Shown here piece after piece: positions 17,389-30,004 of a DNA stretch of 64,000 bases. The stretch spans positions 15,252,001 through 15,316,000 of the forward strand of contig CP075494.1 of assembly GCA_021613535.1 (NCBI GenBank), given 5' to 3'. Under the pieces are notes generated by a model, which saw nothing but the letters and a program-made list of their open reading frames with translations, was not told the origin of the DNA and ran no database searches. This stretch comes from Adineta vaga (taxonomy: Eukaryota > Animalia > Rotifera). A program made the translations under genes and the position numbers. Numbering within the stretch: the first letter of the stretch is position 1; every line of letters begins with the position of its first letter.

Positions 17389-17763
17389 TTTAACTCGATC
17401 AACTAATCATTTTTTTGTCAGATACTTTTCATTCATTTTGATCGATCGTTACTAAGTTATGTTCGTCATTCGATTATTCAAATATTTTCTTCATTAATCG
17501 AATTTTTCCATGAAAAAATGCGAACTTTTATCGTTTTTTTTTATTGATAATTTCTTTGAAAAGTTCTTTCTTTGATATGGATTATAGATGTCAGCTTGTC
17601 TTCTATCCTATTGGTTTTCAAATCTCGACGACAAGAAAACATTCCACAAAAAGAAAAGAATGTAAAAAAGGAAGAAAACTAAGAACAAAACGTCGTATGT
17701 TTGCTTGTTGTTTATCCATTGACAAAGCAAGACAATTAGAAAGTTTCTCTTCGGTTTAGACAA

Positions 17764-20700
17764 ATGGGTGACGAACTTTTAAAAAATGCCCGACCATTGC
17801 TCGAATGTTTAGATGCTCAATCAACAAAGAGACTAAACAATTTTCAACGAATTGATTCATGTAAATAAAATTCAATGTTCTAATTGACATACATTTTTCT
17901 TTTTTTAAAATATTATTAGCACGAATACATGACGAGCAAATTGAAATGTCACCTGGAAAGGTATATTTATGATACTTATCTTGATAAATTTGATTGATCT
18001 ATTTTTAGAATGAAATCGGTCGATCGACAATTGATATTCGAGAACCAACACCGGAACATTTAAATGCATTACAAAATGCTTTTAATAAAATTCTTGATGA
18101 ACGAATTCTATCAGATAATAGTTATAAATTACGACAAATTGTCTTCAATAAATTACGTCAAGTGATTCTATCCACACGTCCAGGTATGCATTTATCGCCA
18201 CTAAAAAATCTCTTCATATATAAATAGTTCTAATTATATCATTTGATAAACTTACGTTAGTAATTCCTTTTTCTTTTAAAGACTGTCAGATAAGTCTATA
18301 TGGTTCTTTACTATTCGAATGTTGTCTGGAAAAACCTGGTATACTGGATATTGATGTACAATTCAAACAAACACTTCAGTATGACACGTTAAAAGAATTA
18401 CTCGATATTATCACTAAAAGTAGTATGTAACACTTTAGAATTGAAGTAATCGAATTTGTCATTATTTCTTTATTAGATTTATGTAAAGAAGCTCGAATTG
18501 ATACTGAACATAAACCATCTTGTCTTGATTTAATCATTACTGAACCTAATATGCGTGTACGAATAACATCGGGTTATATACGTGGAATTCATCTTTCGAA
18601 ATTAATTCGCATTTACACAAAGTTCGACCCACGTGTTATCAAATTACTTCGTTTATTTCGAATACTTTCAAAAGTAAGTTTCATAAAACTTTTTCTTTTC
18701 TAAATTAATCTTCTTTAGACATGTAATATTGACAAACCAGATCTAGGTACACTTCATCCCATTGTTTTTCATCTAATGATCATTCATTTTCTTCAACAAC
18801 TTAATCCTCCAATTTTACCATGTTTACATGAATATGTATGTTGAAAAACTTCTTGTCTTGACCGTTTTATTTCATGATATGAATAGATCTATGGAATTGA
18901 TCATGTACCAATTACACTAAATGATAATCAATATTCGGATTTTTTTCGTCTTGCTAATGAATATTGTCGAGAATGGAAATCAATGAATACAACTACTGTT
19001 GAAATGCTTTTTCTTCAATTACTTTCCTATTATATGAAAATGTTTAATACAAAACAATTTGTAGTTTCAATTCAAACACGAATGCCTGTTGTTAAAATTG
19101 ACAAAAATTGGCATAGTCGAAAATTACTTGTCGAAGGTAAATGTTTTCCTAATCAGGATACTTGGAAGTGATCGATCTATATCTATATTTGTTTAGATCC
19201 AACGGATGTCAAACGAAGTTTATGCCAAACAATGCAAGCTGCTCGATCATTGAATTATTTTCGTGATACTTTAAATACTGCTTTGAATTATTTCGGTCGT
19301 AAACAGAAAAAAGTGAAAAAAGTTCAATCAAATTCTTCTACGACTGAATCGACTGATGATGATTTTATTGAAATTATTGTCGAAGATGAAAATGAAATAC
19401 CAACGATATCTCCAGATAATGGTTTACATAATTCTTATCAATTATTTTATAAACGTTTACCGCCAACAATCCTTCGTGATGTTAATATTCGACAACATCG
19501 TATTCGAGATTATTATAAGAAGATATTTAATGAGAAATTATCTCAACCATTAATAAAACTAAATTCTGTTATTGATCAACAAATGGAAATGGGTCAAGAG
19601 AATGAAATTGAACAAGCATTTCAACATGATTTAGAACATGATTTCGAAACAATGGATGCGAACGATGATGAACAGAATAATTTATTGGAAAAAATCATTG
19701 CAATCAATGAAGATGATGAAAATTTGACTTCGAATTTCAATGAACTTCAGGTTGATAATGATACCGAACAAAAACAATCAGCAGTGTAAGTTTTAATAAA
19801 GACGAATTTGATTTTCATATAATTTCTGTTTTTTCTAGTCGACAATTATTTACAACAAGTTCTGAAGATGAAAAAGTGAATGATTCATCTGTAATTGTAT
19901 CAGATAAAGAAGAAGGTATGGAAAAGAAAGACAGAAAGAACTGTTCTATTGAGAATGGAAATGGAATTAAAGTTGATATCGATAAATTAATGCAGAAACT
20001 CAATAAAAAACAGAGACGTATCTTGCTTAGAGAATATGAACGGCAAGGTAACAATGTGTGTCACTTATGCTTTTGCTCTAATTCTAATGATTTATGCTAA
20101 TCTTCTTTGATTTTAATTATTTCATAAAATTTCTCTTCTCTCCAGGAAAAATCGTCAATGAAAAAGTAATGGAGATTTTTCAAAAGTCTGATCCTGTTTC
20201 TGAAAATGAACCAATAATTCCATCACCGGAAAAAAATAAACAAGAATCTCTACCTTGTGACTTGTTCTATGATTTTCAAGCAGAAAATTTCCATGCTGAA
20301 CAAGTATGTTTTTTATCTTTGATCATTGGCCTCAATGTATTTCTTTCTCTTGCAGGGTGCACCCTTTGTTTGTACAACATGTAATGGTGTTGGTCATTTG
20401 AAATCCGAATGTCCTGATTTAATCGTTCCGAATATGATTGATTTACCTGAACCAACACCAGAATGGGTTAACATTCTTTCACATTTATGTCATCAAGTGA
20501 CAGGTAGATCTCCTCAGTTTGTTTTTTTTTTTAATGTAAATTTGATTTGTTGAAGAACGATGTAAACCATCATCGATGGATATTGAAAATCGTGAACGAA
20601 TTTTGAAACAATTACAAAAACAATTTGAAAAAGATTATCCTGATTGTAATCTACATGCTTTTGGATCATTTTATAATGGATTTGGTTTTCGACAAAGTGA

Positions 20701-22436
20701 TCTTGATGTTTGTATTGTTTTCAAAGATCAACGAGAAGAAAATGTTTGTATTCAAATCATATTGCAAAAATCTAATCTACTTGATTGCTTCACTTTTTTA
20801 TTAGACCGATGAAGTGATTCAAATCATGAGAAAATTATTAAAATCAATGCGATCAAATGCAGACACATTCGAAAATGTTCAACCGGTGTTACATGCAAAA
20901 GTACCCATTATACGTTCCAAACATCGACGATTACAAATTGAAATTGACATCAGTCTTCATAATATGCTTGTAAATATTCATTGGATTACAGTACTGATAT
21001 GATATTCAATGATTTTCTTCTCTTTTCAGGCTATTGAAAACACTCGACTGTTAAAAACTTATACTCAAATTGATTCACGTGTTTCTGAACTTGGTTACAT
21101 GATCAAACATTTAACAAAAGTATACACCCATCATGTGATTTCTATGATTTTGTATGTTGAAATTATTCTAGTCATGTGATATAGCTGATGCAAGTCGTGG
21201 AACATTATCTAGTTATGCATATATATTAATGGTCATACATTTTCTTCAACAAATTCAACCACCAGTGTTACCTGTTCTTCAAGAAGTTTGTTTTTATCTT
21301 GTTCGTTGAAGATCATTTGAGATGGAGATTATCTTTCATTTTTAGCTAAGTGATGATCCAACAAAGAAAGATTTAATGTATAAAAACTGTTCAAAATGGA
21401 ATGTTTATTTTTATGAAGATTTATCTAAACTTGTTCGTGAAAATACTTGAAAGCAAATTTCAGTGAAGGCAATTTTTCGTTTCTATTTAGAATAATTTAT
21501 GGAAAAATGAAAATCATTTATCTGTTGGAGCACTATGGATTGAATTTCTACGTTTTTACACGGAACAATTTAATTATGATGAACATGTTGTCACTATTCG
21601 ACAAAAAGAACCATTATCAAAACATGAAAAAGGATGGTTTAGACAAACAATAGCAATAGAAGATCCATTTGAATTGAGTCATAATTTAGCCGGTGGTTTA
21701 TCTGTTCGAAGTAAAACACAAAGAAGCACAATTATTTGTTAATTTGAAAATGATTTCTTTTCAGACTGGACAATGATTCGACGAGTTTTTATTCGTGCAA
21801 GACAACAATTCGGTTTACAATCGAAACATATTGATATTTCAAACCCAGATATGAATTTTATCGAAGTAATACTAATTCATTCAAATGATGTATAAAATAG
21901 GATAATATCTTCTTCTCGTTCTGTCATAGTCAACTCTATTCAATGTTGATGATTTATGTCCAACCAATGCTCCAAAACGATGTTCTGAATGTAAAGGGCC
22001 ATATCATATTCGTAAACGTTGTCCAAAATTGATCACATTAGCAAATGAAAAAGAACGATTAAAACGAGCAAATAATTTGCAACAGCAACAACAACAAGTC
22101 TCAATGAATACTCCTTATTCAATATTCCCAAATATTTCTCCAAATAATTCTCAATATTCTTTCAATTCTCAATATTATTATCAAACCAATGGATATACAT
22201 ATCCCTATCCAATCGTATCTCAACAACGTACTTGGATACAACCATATTCAAATGAACAACCGATCATTTATCCAGCAATGCCTTATCATTCAATCGGACA
22301 ACAACAACAACAATCGAATAATTCCAATCGTTTTTATTATTCAAATAATCAAAGAAGAATTTGTTTTATATGTAAAAGTCCAAATCATTTAAAAGCTCAA
22401 TGTCCTCAGATTCAATCCCATACCGTTCAACGATAG
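17764..22436 (+). CDS. Terminal uridylyltransferase TUT4/TUT7 (ZCCHC11/ZCCHC6-like)
   Basis: A degenerate N-terminal NTase module (LYGSL...LDIDV), an active module ([66 protein letters not shown]) and three CCHC knuckles ([42 protein letters not shown]). Confidence 0.92.
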
Positions 22437-22546
22437 GATTATTTAATGTTTTTCTTCTTCTCTTTTTGTTTATTCTGTATAGAAATTTACGATATTTAAT
22501 TTTTTTTCCTTTCTCTTACTGCGTGTTGTATTATCACTGTATTCTC

Positions 22547-22577
<31 letters not shown>

Positions 22578-22698
22578 CGATATGCAATGACGAGAGAGAA
22601 AGAAAGTTTTCTTCATGAAAAAAAACCCAATCATTGGATTCTTTATTATTGACTCCGTCAAAACAAACTTTTGTCTTTTGTTTTCTTAAATAGATAAG

Positions 22699-25693
22699 AT
22701 GATGGAAGCAGCTGTTAAACAACAAAATGATTCCAATGCACAAACAATGGTGACAGCAGCCGAACGTCAAGCTTTATTACAAAAATTGTATAAAAAAATA
22801 TTTGAATTTGAAAATAGGGAAATTATTATTTTGTCTTTAGAGTAACACGATGGCCTGCAGAAATATCGAAACAAGTTGAAAGTCAAGCTTATGAAAAATC
22901 ACATGGCATTAAAGTAAATTTAGATTAATTTAATCAAGAAAGTATGAATGAATTTATTTATTATAGTTGGATTATTTTAAACTAATTCAAGTTTATTTTC
23001 AAAAAGTTCAAAGTAAGATTCTCTATAGAAAGAAGATTTGTTATAAAATATCATTTCTTTTTAGCTATTGTTCAAAACCGTGCTAGTCAACAACAACAAA
23101 ATAATAATGGATCCTTACAAAATGGTCAAATAAATCTTAATCAACCAACAAGTGTTCCTATGGTTACTCAAATTCAACAACCAAGTGCTCCTATGGTTAA
23201 TCAAATACAACAAACGCCATTTCCTGTTGCTCAGCAATCAACAAGAATGATAGCTGCTCAAACACGTCCACAATATCAATTACCACGATTACGCGAACCT
23301 ACACAATTTAATCCAAGTAGATCTTTCAATCTTTTGCAGATTTCTTCATCAATTTTTCTTTCATAATAGCACCGACAAATACATTTACCTATTCGCAATC
23401 TCCTACATCAACAACAACAATCGATTTATCGCAAGGATATTCATCTCAACCAATGAATATTCCAAATCCAAATGACAATTCAACACTTCAATCACGATAT
23501 CCTATTCCTTCAGCCGGAAATATACCAAGACAAAGAGCAATTATTCCAAATAGTAAACCATAGATCATCTTTTCCTTTGAAAACCACTTGTTTTTCACAG
23601 ATAATTTTCAACCACAACCATCAGTAAATAATTCCAATGATATTTTACATCAATTTCTTGCTCGCAATTCATCATCATCATCATCATCAGCATCATCAAT
23701 AGCAGCAGTAGCACCAGCCACCACCAATGACAACAGCAACAGCAAATTTGAATAATTCATCGAACAATGATCAATGTAAGTGATTATCAAAATTATTTAA
23801 TCATTTGCAAAAACATTCTCTTTTTTGTACAGTATTACATCGAATACTTCAATCCAATACTGATGGTGGAACAAATAAACCAACAACATTAACCCGACAA
23901 TCAACAGGACCACTTATGGTAAGTTTCTTCTTGTCATTTTTTTGCTGTGCACAAGAATAAGGAAAGTATTAATATCGTTCTGTAATTGATGAATATTTTA
24001 TATTTAGTCTCAATCGGCTCGATCAGGAAATCCAATGAACAGTAGTATGACAAACAGTACAAATTCACTTCGATCAACACTATCATCTCAACAATTATCA
24101 CCATCACCATCGGTTGTTATTATGCCAACATCAACTCAAACATCAACTGTTCAAATTCAACCGTAAATATTCAAATTATATTCGTTGCTTTCTGATGTAT
24201 CTATCTTTTTTTCTGTTGTAAAGATCAAGTAATATAACTATTCAACAAAGTCCTTTGAGCAATAGTAATGGTCCATTTTCGGCTAATTCGCAAACAGTAT
24301 CAACAAATAGTTCAACACCTATTCTTGGTAGTTACTCATCACCAGCAAATCGTTCATTATCATTGACAGGTATGTAAATGTCAACGATGTCTTTTCATAT
24401 TAACAAATTCTTTGTTAAGTTAGAACATGAATTTAACGCTATTGAATTTTAGGAACTGGTAGTATTTCAAGTCCTGATGATGAAACATTGAATTTAATTA
24501 AATATCTTAAAGAAAATGTTCATCGATTACAGTTATATTCTCAAAAATTTACTAATGAAGGTAATATAACTCGTCTAGTCATTTATTAAATCTAATCATT
24601 TGTTTTCAAAGGTAATAACGAAAAAGTTCGTCAAGTCCAATCAATTTATCAACAAATCTTACAATTTATTAACAATCCAACTCATGAAAGTTTAACAATT
24701 GCAAAACAATATCGTGATATGCTCGATCGAATACCAGTAAAAATTATTTTTCTTTGATATATTTTTCATTTAATCATTAAAATTACTTAGAATCGATCAC
24801 AACAAGTTGCTCCAAGTAATGTTCAAACAAATGTGTTTAATCAATGTATCAAGGCAACACATGAATTTCTTGCACGTAGTCAAAAAGATCGTATGAATTT
24901 AACAAAACGATATTTAGAACCGTTAAATGATGTGATCAATGGTGTTCCACACAAGTATAGAATTTGTTTTATGTTTATAAATTAGAGAAATATTCTTTAT
25001 TTTTCACTTTCGAAAAGGATGATGCGTCTTGATGATGATAGTTATTCAATGGCAAAGATTCGTGCATCTCATCATTCATCATTATTGTCGAAATTGAATG
25101 ATGAATTAAACCAATTACCAAATAATATTTATTCAATTGAATGTATGCCGATATCTCGTACAAGAAAAATACTGGATAGTGATGAAGAATATCTAAGTAA
25201 AGACAGTGTTGTTCTTCGATGTAAATTATTGGAAAAATCTCATCCAATGATTCCATTACTTCGGTTACATGTCACAACATCTTATCCAGAACAATCACCA
25301 GAAATTTTATCATTGACTAAAACAATGCCACCAAGATTAGAATTCACAGGTAAAAGAAGAAAGTAATGTGAAATATGATAGAATCAAAGAGATTGATCTG
25401 TTTTTACTTAACACAATAAGATCACGAATTATCTATGAATCATAGAAATCAAAGATGAGAATAATGAATATCGTTTTATTTCTTTTGACATCAACATATT
25501 ACTATTTAGATGACCATCCATTTTTTGATCAAATTTCTTCGATGTTCATTTCACATCTCTTCAAACTACGACCACAACATACAGTTACTGATATTCTGAA
25601 CATATGGGTAAGTAGATCTTTTGAATTTTCTAAATATGTTTATTCTTTATATATATTTTTATCTAGCGATTGTCCGTCCAGACAGCTTTATGA
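22699..25693 (+). CDS. MED15: Mediator subunit MED15-like; apparent +1 frameshift in exon 23601-23775
   Basis: KIX-like N-terminus (ERQALLQKL...SKQVESQAYEKS...DYFKLI), Q/S/T/P-rich middle, and C-terminal VVLRCKLLEKSHPMIPLLRLHVTTSYPEQSP and PFFDQISSMFISHLFKLRPQHTVTDILNIW matching the MED15 C-terminal domain. Confidence 0.8.
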
Positions 25694-26593
25694 ACATCGA
25701 TAATAGTGACAAGGAGCATAGTATAACACATCGATCATCTTTATTTGATTCAATGCTCAATGAAAAAGAAACTAAACATATAAAAGTTATCTGTGAAAAT
25801 ATTTTCTCGTTTTTATCGTTTCTTTTGTCTATCTTCATATCTTTCGTTCTTTGGGTAATATTTCTTTTTCTTCATGGTCTTTTGTTATTTTCATTTCTGT
25901 GTACATGACAGTGATTATAGACTGTCAAATGTGGACAGAAACATTGTGATTCTTTTTTTTCTTCTCTTCTTCATCTTTATGATCTACAGTTGTCTTTCAA
26001 AAAACGGCTAAGGATATTGGATATCAATATATACACATATGATAATCTTTTCCCGTGAGTTTTTCTTCGTATTTAGCTTTATTGTTCTCGAAAGAATCTC
26101 TAAACATTCAACCACTATATAGACACAAAATCATCGTTGATTTAAGGTTCATTTCTCTCTCATCTTGTTGTGCTAATATTTTATCATATGTTTGGTCATC
26201 AAACAGGATAGTTTGAAATAAAAAAAAGAGAAAATAAAACAAACAATGTAATATATGGTAAATGTTTTCTTTCAAATTTTAGTAGGAAAATATCCACTAA
26301 AAAGAAGAACTTTGATTAATATTAAACAATCGTTATAAATTCACAAGTGTCAATTCAGTAGTTAAAACAAAGCTTGTTTTTATATTTAAGAACGCGATAT
26401 GTTTTATAGAGAAATAAATTTTCATGATACACACTTATTACTAGGAATAGTGCAAATCTTATGTTAATAAGACGAATAATAATCAGTAGGAAGACATTTC
26501 ATACATTAAATCAAAAGTTTATCTTTCTATGAAATTCTATTTGTTGTCTGTTTTGGTTCAAATATATAATTTATTTAGGCATCTACAGTAGTT

Positions 26594-28420
26594 TTAAAAT
26601 AAAATAATTAAAAAGAATTTTGTGATTATTAAAAGTTCGATAAATAAACAAAGTTTATTTGTATTCGATGTTTTTGGACAATTGAAATCTTGAGACCAAT
26701 CATCACTACCAATACATTTATTACAAACAAATATTCCATTGGGATCAACTCGATCTTTAATGGCTTTCAATCGATTATAATGCTCTCGTGTACCAAAGAA
26801 TTTTTGTTGCCAATCGCTTTCATTCGGATCAGCTTCATTCAAATAGGCACCTGATTGTGCACCACCTGAAATAGTTTGTAAAACTTCGACATTTTTTGTA
26901 ACAAGTTTCGCTAGTCTTTCTTGATCTTCTTTTGATGTTTCATCAGGCCAAGATTGAGCAGAGAGCATATGTAGAAGTGTTGTACGCCATAAAGGATTAA
27001 CACTATTATTTTGTGTTGTATCTGAAACTTTACCACCAGCAGTCAAATGTCCAACAAGAAATCCTTGTTCGCTATCTTTAACTCGAAGAAATGCATCTGC
27101 AACTTGATGTGGTTGATTACGAACAATAGTTTCAGGAAGAAGACGAGATCCCATGACATAATTGTTACCATTTGTATTTGTTGCATCCATAACATGAATA
27201 AAAAAGTCAAGAAATGTGGGTAGAGAAAATACGTATGGTTCTGTAAAATTCAGATCAGAATAATTAGAAAAGAGTTGATGGAGTGTTTGATTTGCTGTAG
27301 ATTGATCGGCATTGGGCGCTAGAAATGCGAGTGTAAACGTTTTTGTCGTTAAATAAAAATAACCAGCCCATCCAGCATCAGCTAATGCCGGTAATGATTG
27401 AACAAAATGATGAAGAAAATCAGCATAGCGAGTATTAGTAGGTGGAATAACTACTTGATAACTACCGATTATCGATGGTGTGGGATAAGTACGTAAGATA
27501 ACTGATAATACAATAGCAAATGTTCCACCACCACCACCACGTAATGCCCAAAATAAATCAGTATTTTGACAAGAATTCACTGTTTCGCGACGTCCATCAG
27601 CTAAGACAACATCAAATTCCAGAACTTGATCGACAGCTAAACCTTTCCATCGTGTTAATGGTCCATGTCCACCACCTTGTAAGAAGCCACCTGTAACACC
27701 TACTGTACCAGATGCTCCACCAATCGCAACTAAACCATACGTTGCTAACCATCTATATACTTCACCCCATTGTACACCTGCATCTACACGAATCACATTT
27801 GTAAATCTTTCTCCTTGACACGACGACCAATTAGATATAATTGAATGATTTTTCATATGATGTAACCAAAGAAGTAAAGATCCAGCAGCCGTTGATCGAC
27901 CGAAAAAATCATGTCCTGTAGTTTTTACAACCAGTCGTAGATTATATTTCTGCACAAGTCTTAAGGTTGCTTCAACATGTTCAGGTAAAGTTGCATTCAC
28001 TGCTAAGACAGGTACAGAACCTTGATTACATCTTGTACTATTAAAAGAAATTGAACATAAACTATTTTCCCAATTATGATTTTGCATTGCACCAGGTTGA
28101 TCACTACGCCAAACAGAATTGGTCCATTCTTTCTTTGCTGTTATACATGCATCGATATTCAAAGGATTTAAATTACATGCAGCTGCAGATGGTTGAACTG
28201 ATATAAGTTGTCCACTGATTGATTCATTAAAATTTTGCCACACCGAAGTCCTAGGCCAACAAGTTTTGTCATGAGATAAACATCGACAACGTCGTTCTTT
28301 TATAGAATAAATTACATGGAGAATATTATATCAAAAAAATTTACCTGATCGTGTCAAATGTTGACCTAGAATAACGACAAACACGAAAGAAAGAACATAG
28401 TTGATGAAGTTTAGCATCAT
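26594..28420 (-). CDS. Secreted FAD-linked oxidase (VAO/PCMH fold, BBE-like), fungal type; 2 exons
   Basis: Signal exon 28420-28345 (MMLNFINYVLSFVFVVILG...), intron 28344-28297, then CRCL...CWP...W-x-x-FN-x-S-I-S-G-Q-LI, VVKTTGHDFFGRS, GGFLQGGGHG, DLFWALRGGGGGTF, and C-terminal GAYLNEAD...WQQKFFG...YNRLKAIKDRVDPNGIF-x-C-x-x-C-I-G-S. Hydrophobic C-terminal tail. Confidence 0.9.
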
Positions 28421-29155
28421 TATATTATATTTGCACCAATTTTGCTTCATACACCTTTTATATACCTTCGTAGATTCATAGTTAGTAAAGATCAATATTT
28501 ACTATCACATGCAATTCATTGCTTCGATTCTTTCACATAAAATGACATCGCCGTATTTTGATAATTTAATCCTCCTTCGATTTCAAAACAGAAAATGACC
28601 TAAATATCTTTTCTTTTCTTTTGAAGATTTAATAAATCCATCAATGATTGATAAACTTATGCTTAAATTATTTATCGATTAGATCAAGAAAAATCTCTTA
28701 TGAAAAAGTTAACAGATAAAAATTCGATATCATTTATCGATTCTACATGACGTCATTTCTCCTTCTTTTCACCTAGTTGTACATATTTGTTTGTTTTCTT
28801 CACATTCAATGAATAAACGATATAGAAAATGATCATTTAAATATTGTAAACTAAGCAAACAATTGATAAATCATATTTTTCATTTATTTAATGTATCTAT
28901 CGATTAATTCATATTAAAAAAAATCATTTGTTCAGATTTCTTTATGCACTTAAATTATTTCGAGCAAATTTCTTTCGTTTTCCTCCCAGGACGATATATA
29001 CATAGATGAAAAGAGAATGATTGATATCATCTATAGTTTTCTTTTGTTTCTAGGTCACATAGTATTTCGTTTTCTTTATTCGAGGGAGAAAGATATATGT
29101 TTTAACTAAAAGATGATATCGATCGTTTTGATTTCGAGGGATGGTAGATTCAGCC

Positions 29156-29163
29156 TATAAAAA
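29156..29163 (+). promoter_or_regulatory. TATA box of the Gly/Tyr-rich peptide gene
   Basis: CCTATAAAAAG upstream of a 5'UTR intron (29240-29302) and the ATG at 29316. Confidence 0.6.
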
Positions 29164-29315
29164 GCTCGTGATTTCGATAGAATCTTCACATCGCTTCGAT
29201 CGTTTAAGAAACTTCTTCTCTTTACACAATTCAAATTCAGTAAGTTAATATTTCTATCTTTTATTTTCTGATTTAATTTCGTTTGGTTTTTTTCTTATTT
29301 AGATTTTCAAGCAAA

Positions 29316-29618
29316 ATGTTCGCTAAATTATTACTCATTGTTGCTTTACTCGTTGCTCTTCTCGCAACAGTTTCTCAAGCTCGCTTCTTTAATCGCGGTA
29401 AGTTAAAAACAGCTTTTACTTAAAATTTCTTATTCAATATTTTCTTTTTTTTTCTTCAGGATTTGGTTTTGGAGGTCTTGGCTATGGATTAGGATTCGGA
29501 TTTCCTTAGTAAGTTATCAATAGAATATCTAATTCGAACTAATTTTTTTTCCTTTAGCTATTCATATCTCTATCCATACTCACTCGGTCTCTATGGTTAT
29601 CCATTCTATGGCCGTTAA
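29316..29618 (+). CDS. 63-aa secreted Gly/Tyr/Phe-rich peptide precursor (3 coding exons); not in ORF track
   Basis: Exons 29316-29397, 29460-29508 and 29558-29618 with gtaagt...ag introns give MFAKLLLIVALLVALLATVSQA|RFFNRGFGFGGLGYGLGFGFPYYSYLYPYSLGLYGYPFYGR*. Confidence 0.88.
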
Positions 29619-30004
29619 ATCTTATCTGTTGGACGCGAGCAAGTAAGAATAGATTCTTTTCTTTGATTTAAATAATCGAAATTTTCTTTTTCCTAGTTTG
29701 TGTATGTGTAAATATCAAATGAATTTTTCGGGACGAACATCGGATATCAAATAGTTTACGGTGATATGCATACATACACAAAACGACGAAGCGTTAAACA
29801 CATTTTATTTTCACCTCATTTGTATATTTATCAATATTTTGTTACACAATATCTCTTCTTTTTAAATATTATCATTTGTTTTTTGAGTTAAACTGTATGA
29901 AAAAAAATAAAAATATCATGATATCATAAAAATTTGAAAACATATTTCTTTTTGTCTCTTATTTGATTTGACTGATGAAATTCATGAAAGATTTATTAAT
30001 TAAA

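Noticed and set aside
23708-23717. 10-nt GTAGCACCAG micro-intron that would fix the MED15 frame
   Set aside because: Far below a plausible spliceosomal size; other introns here are about 48 nt or longer.
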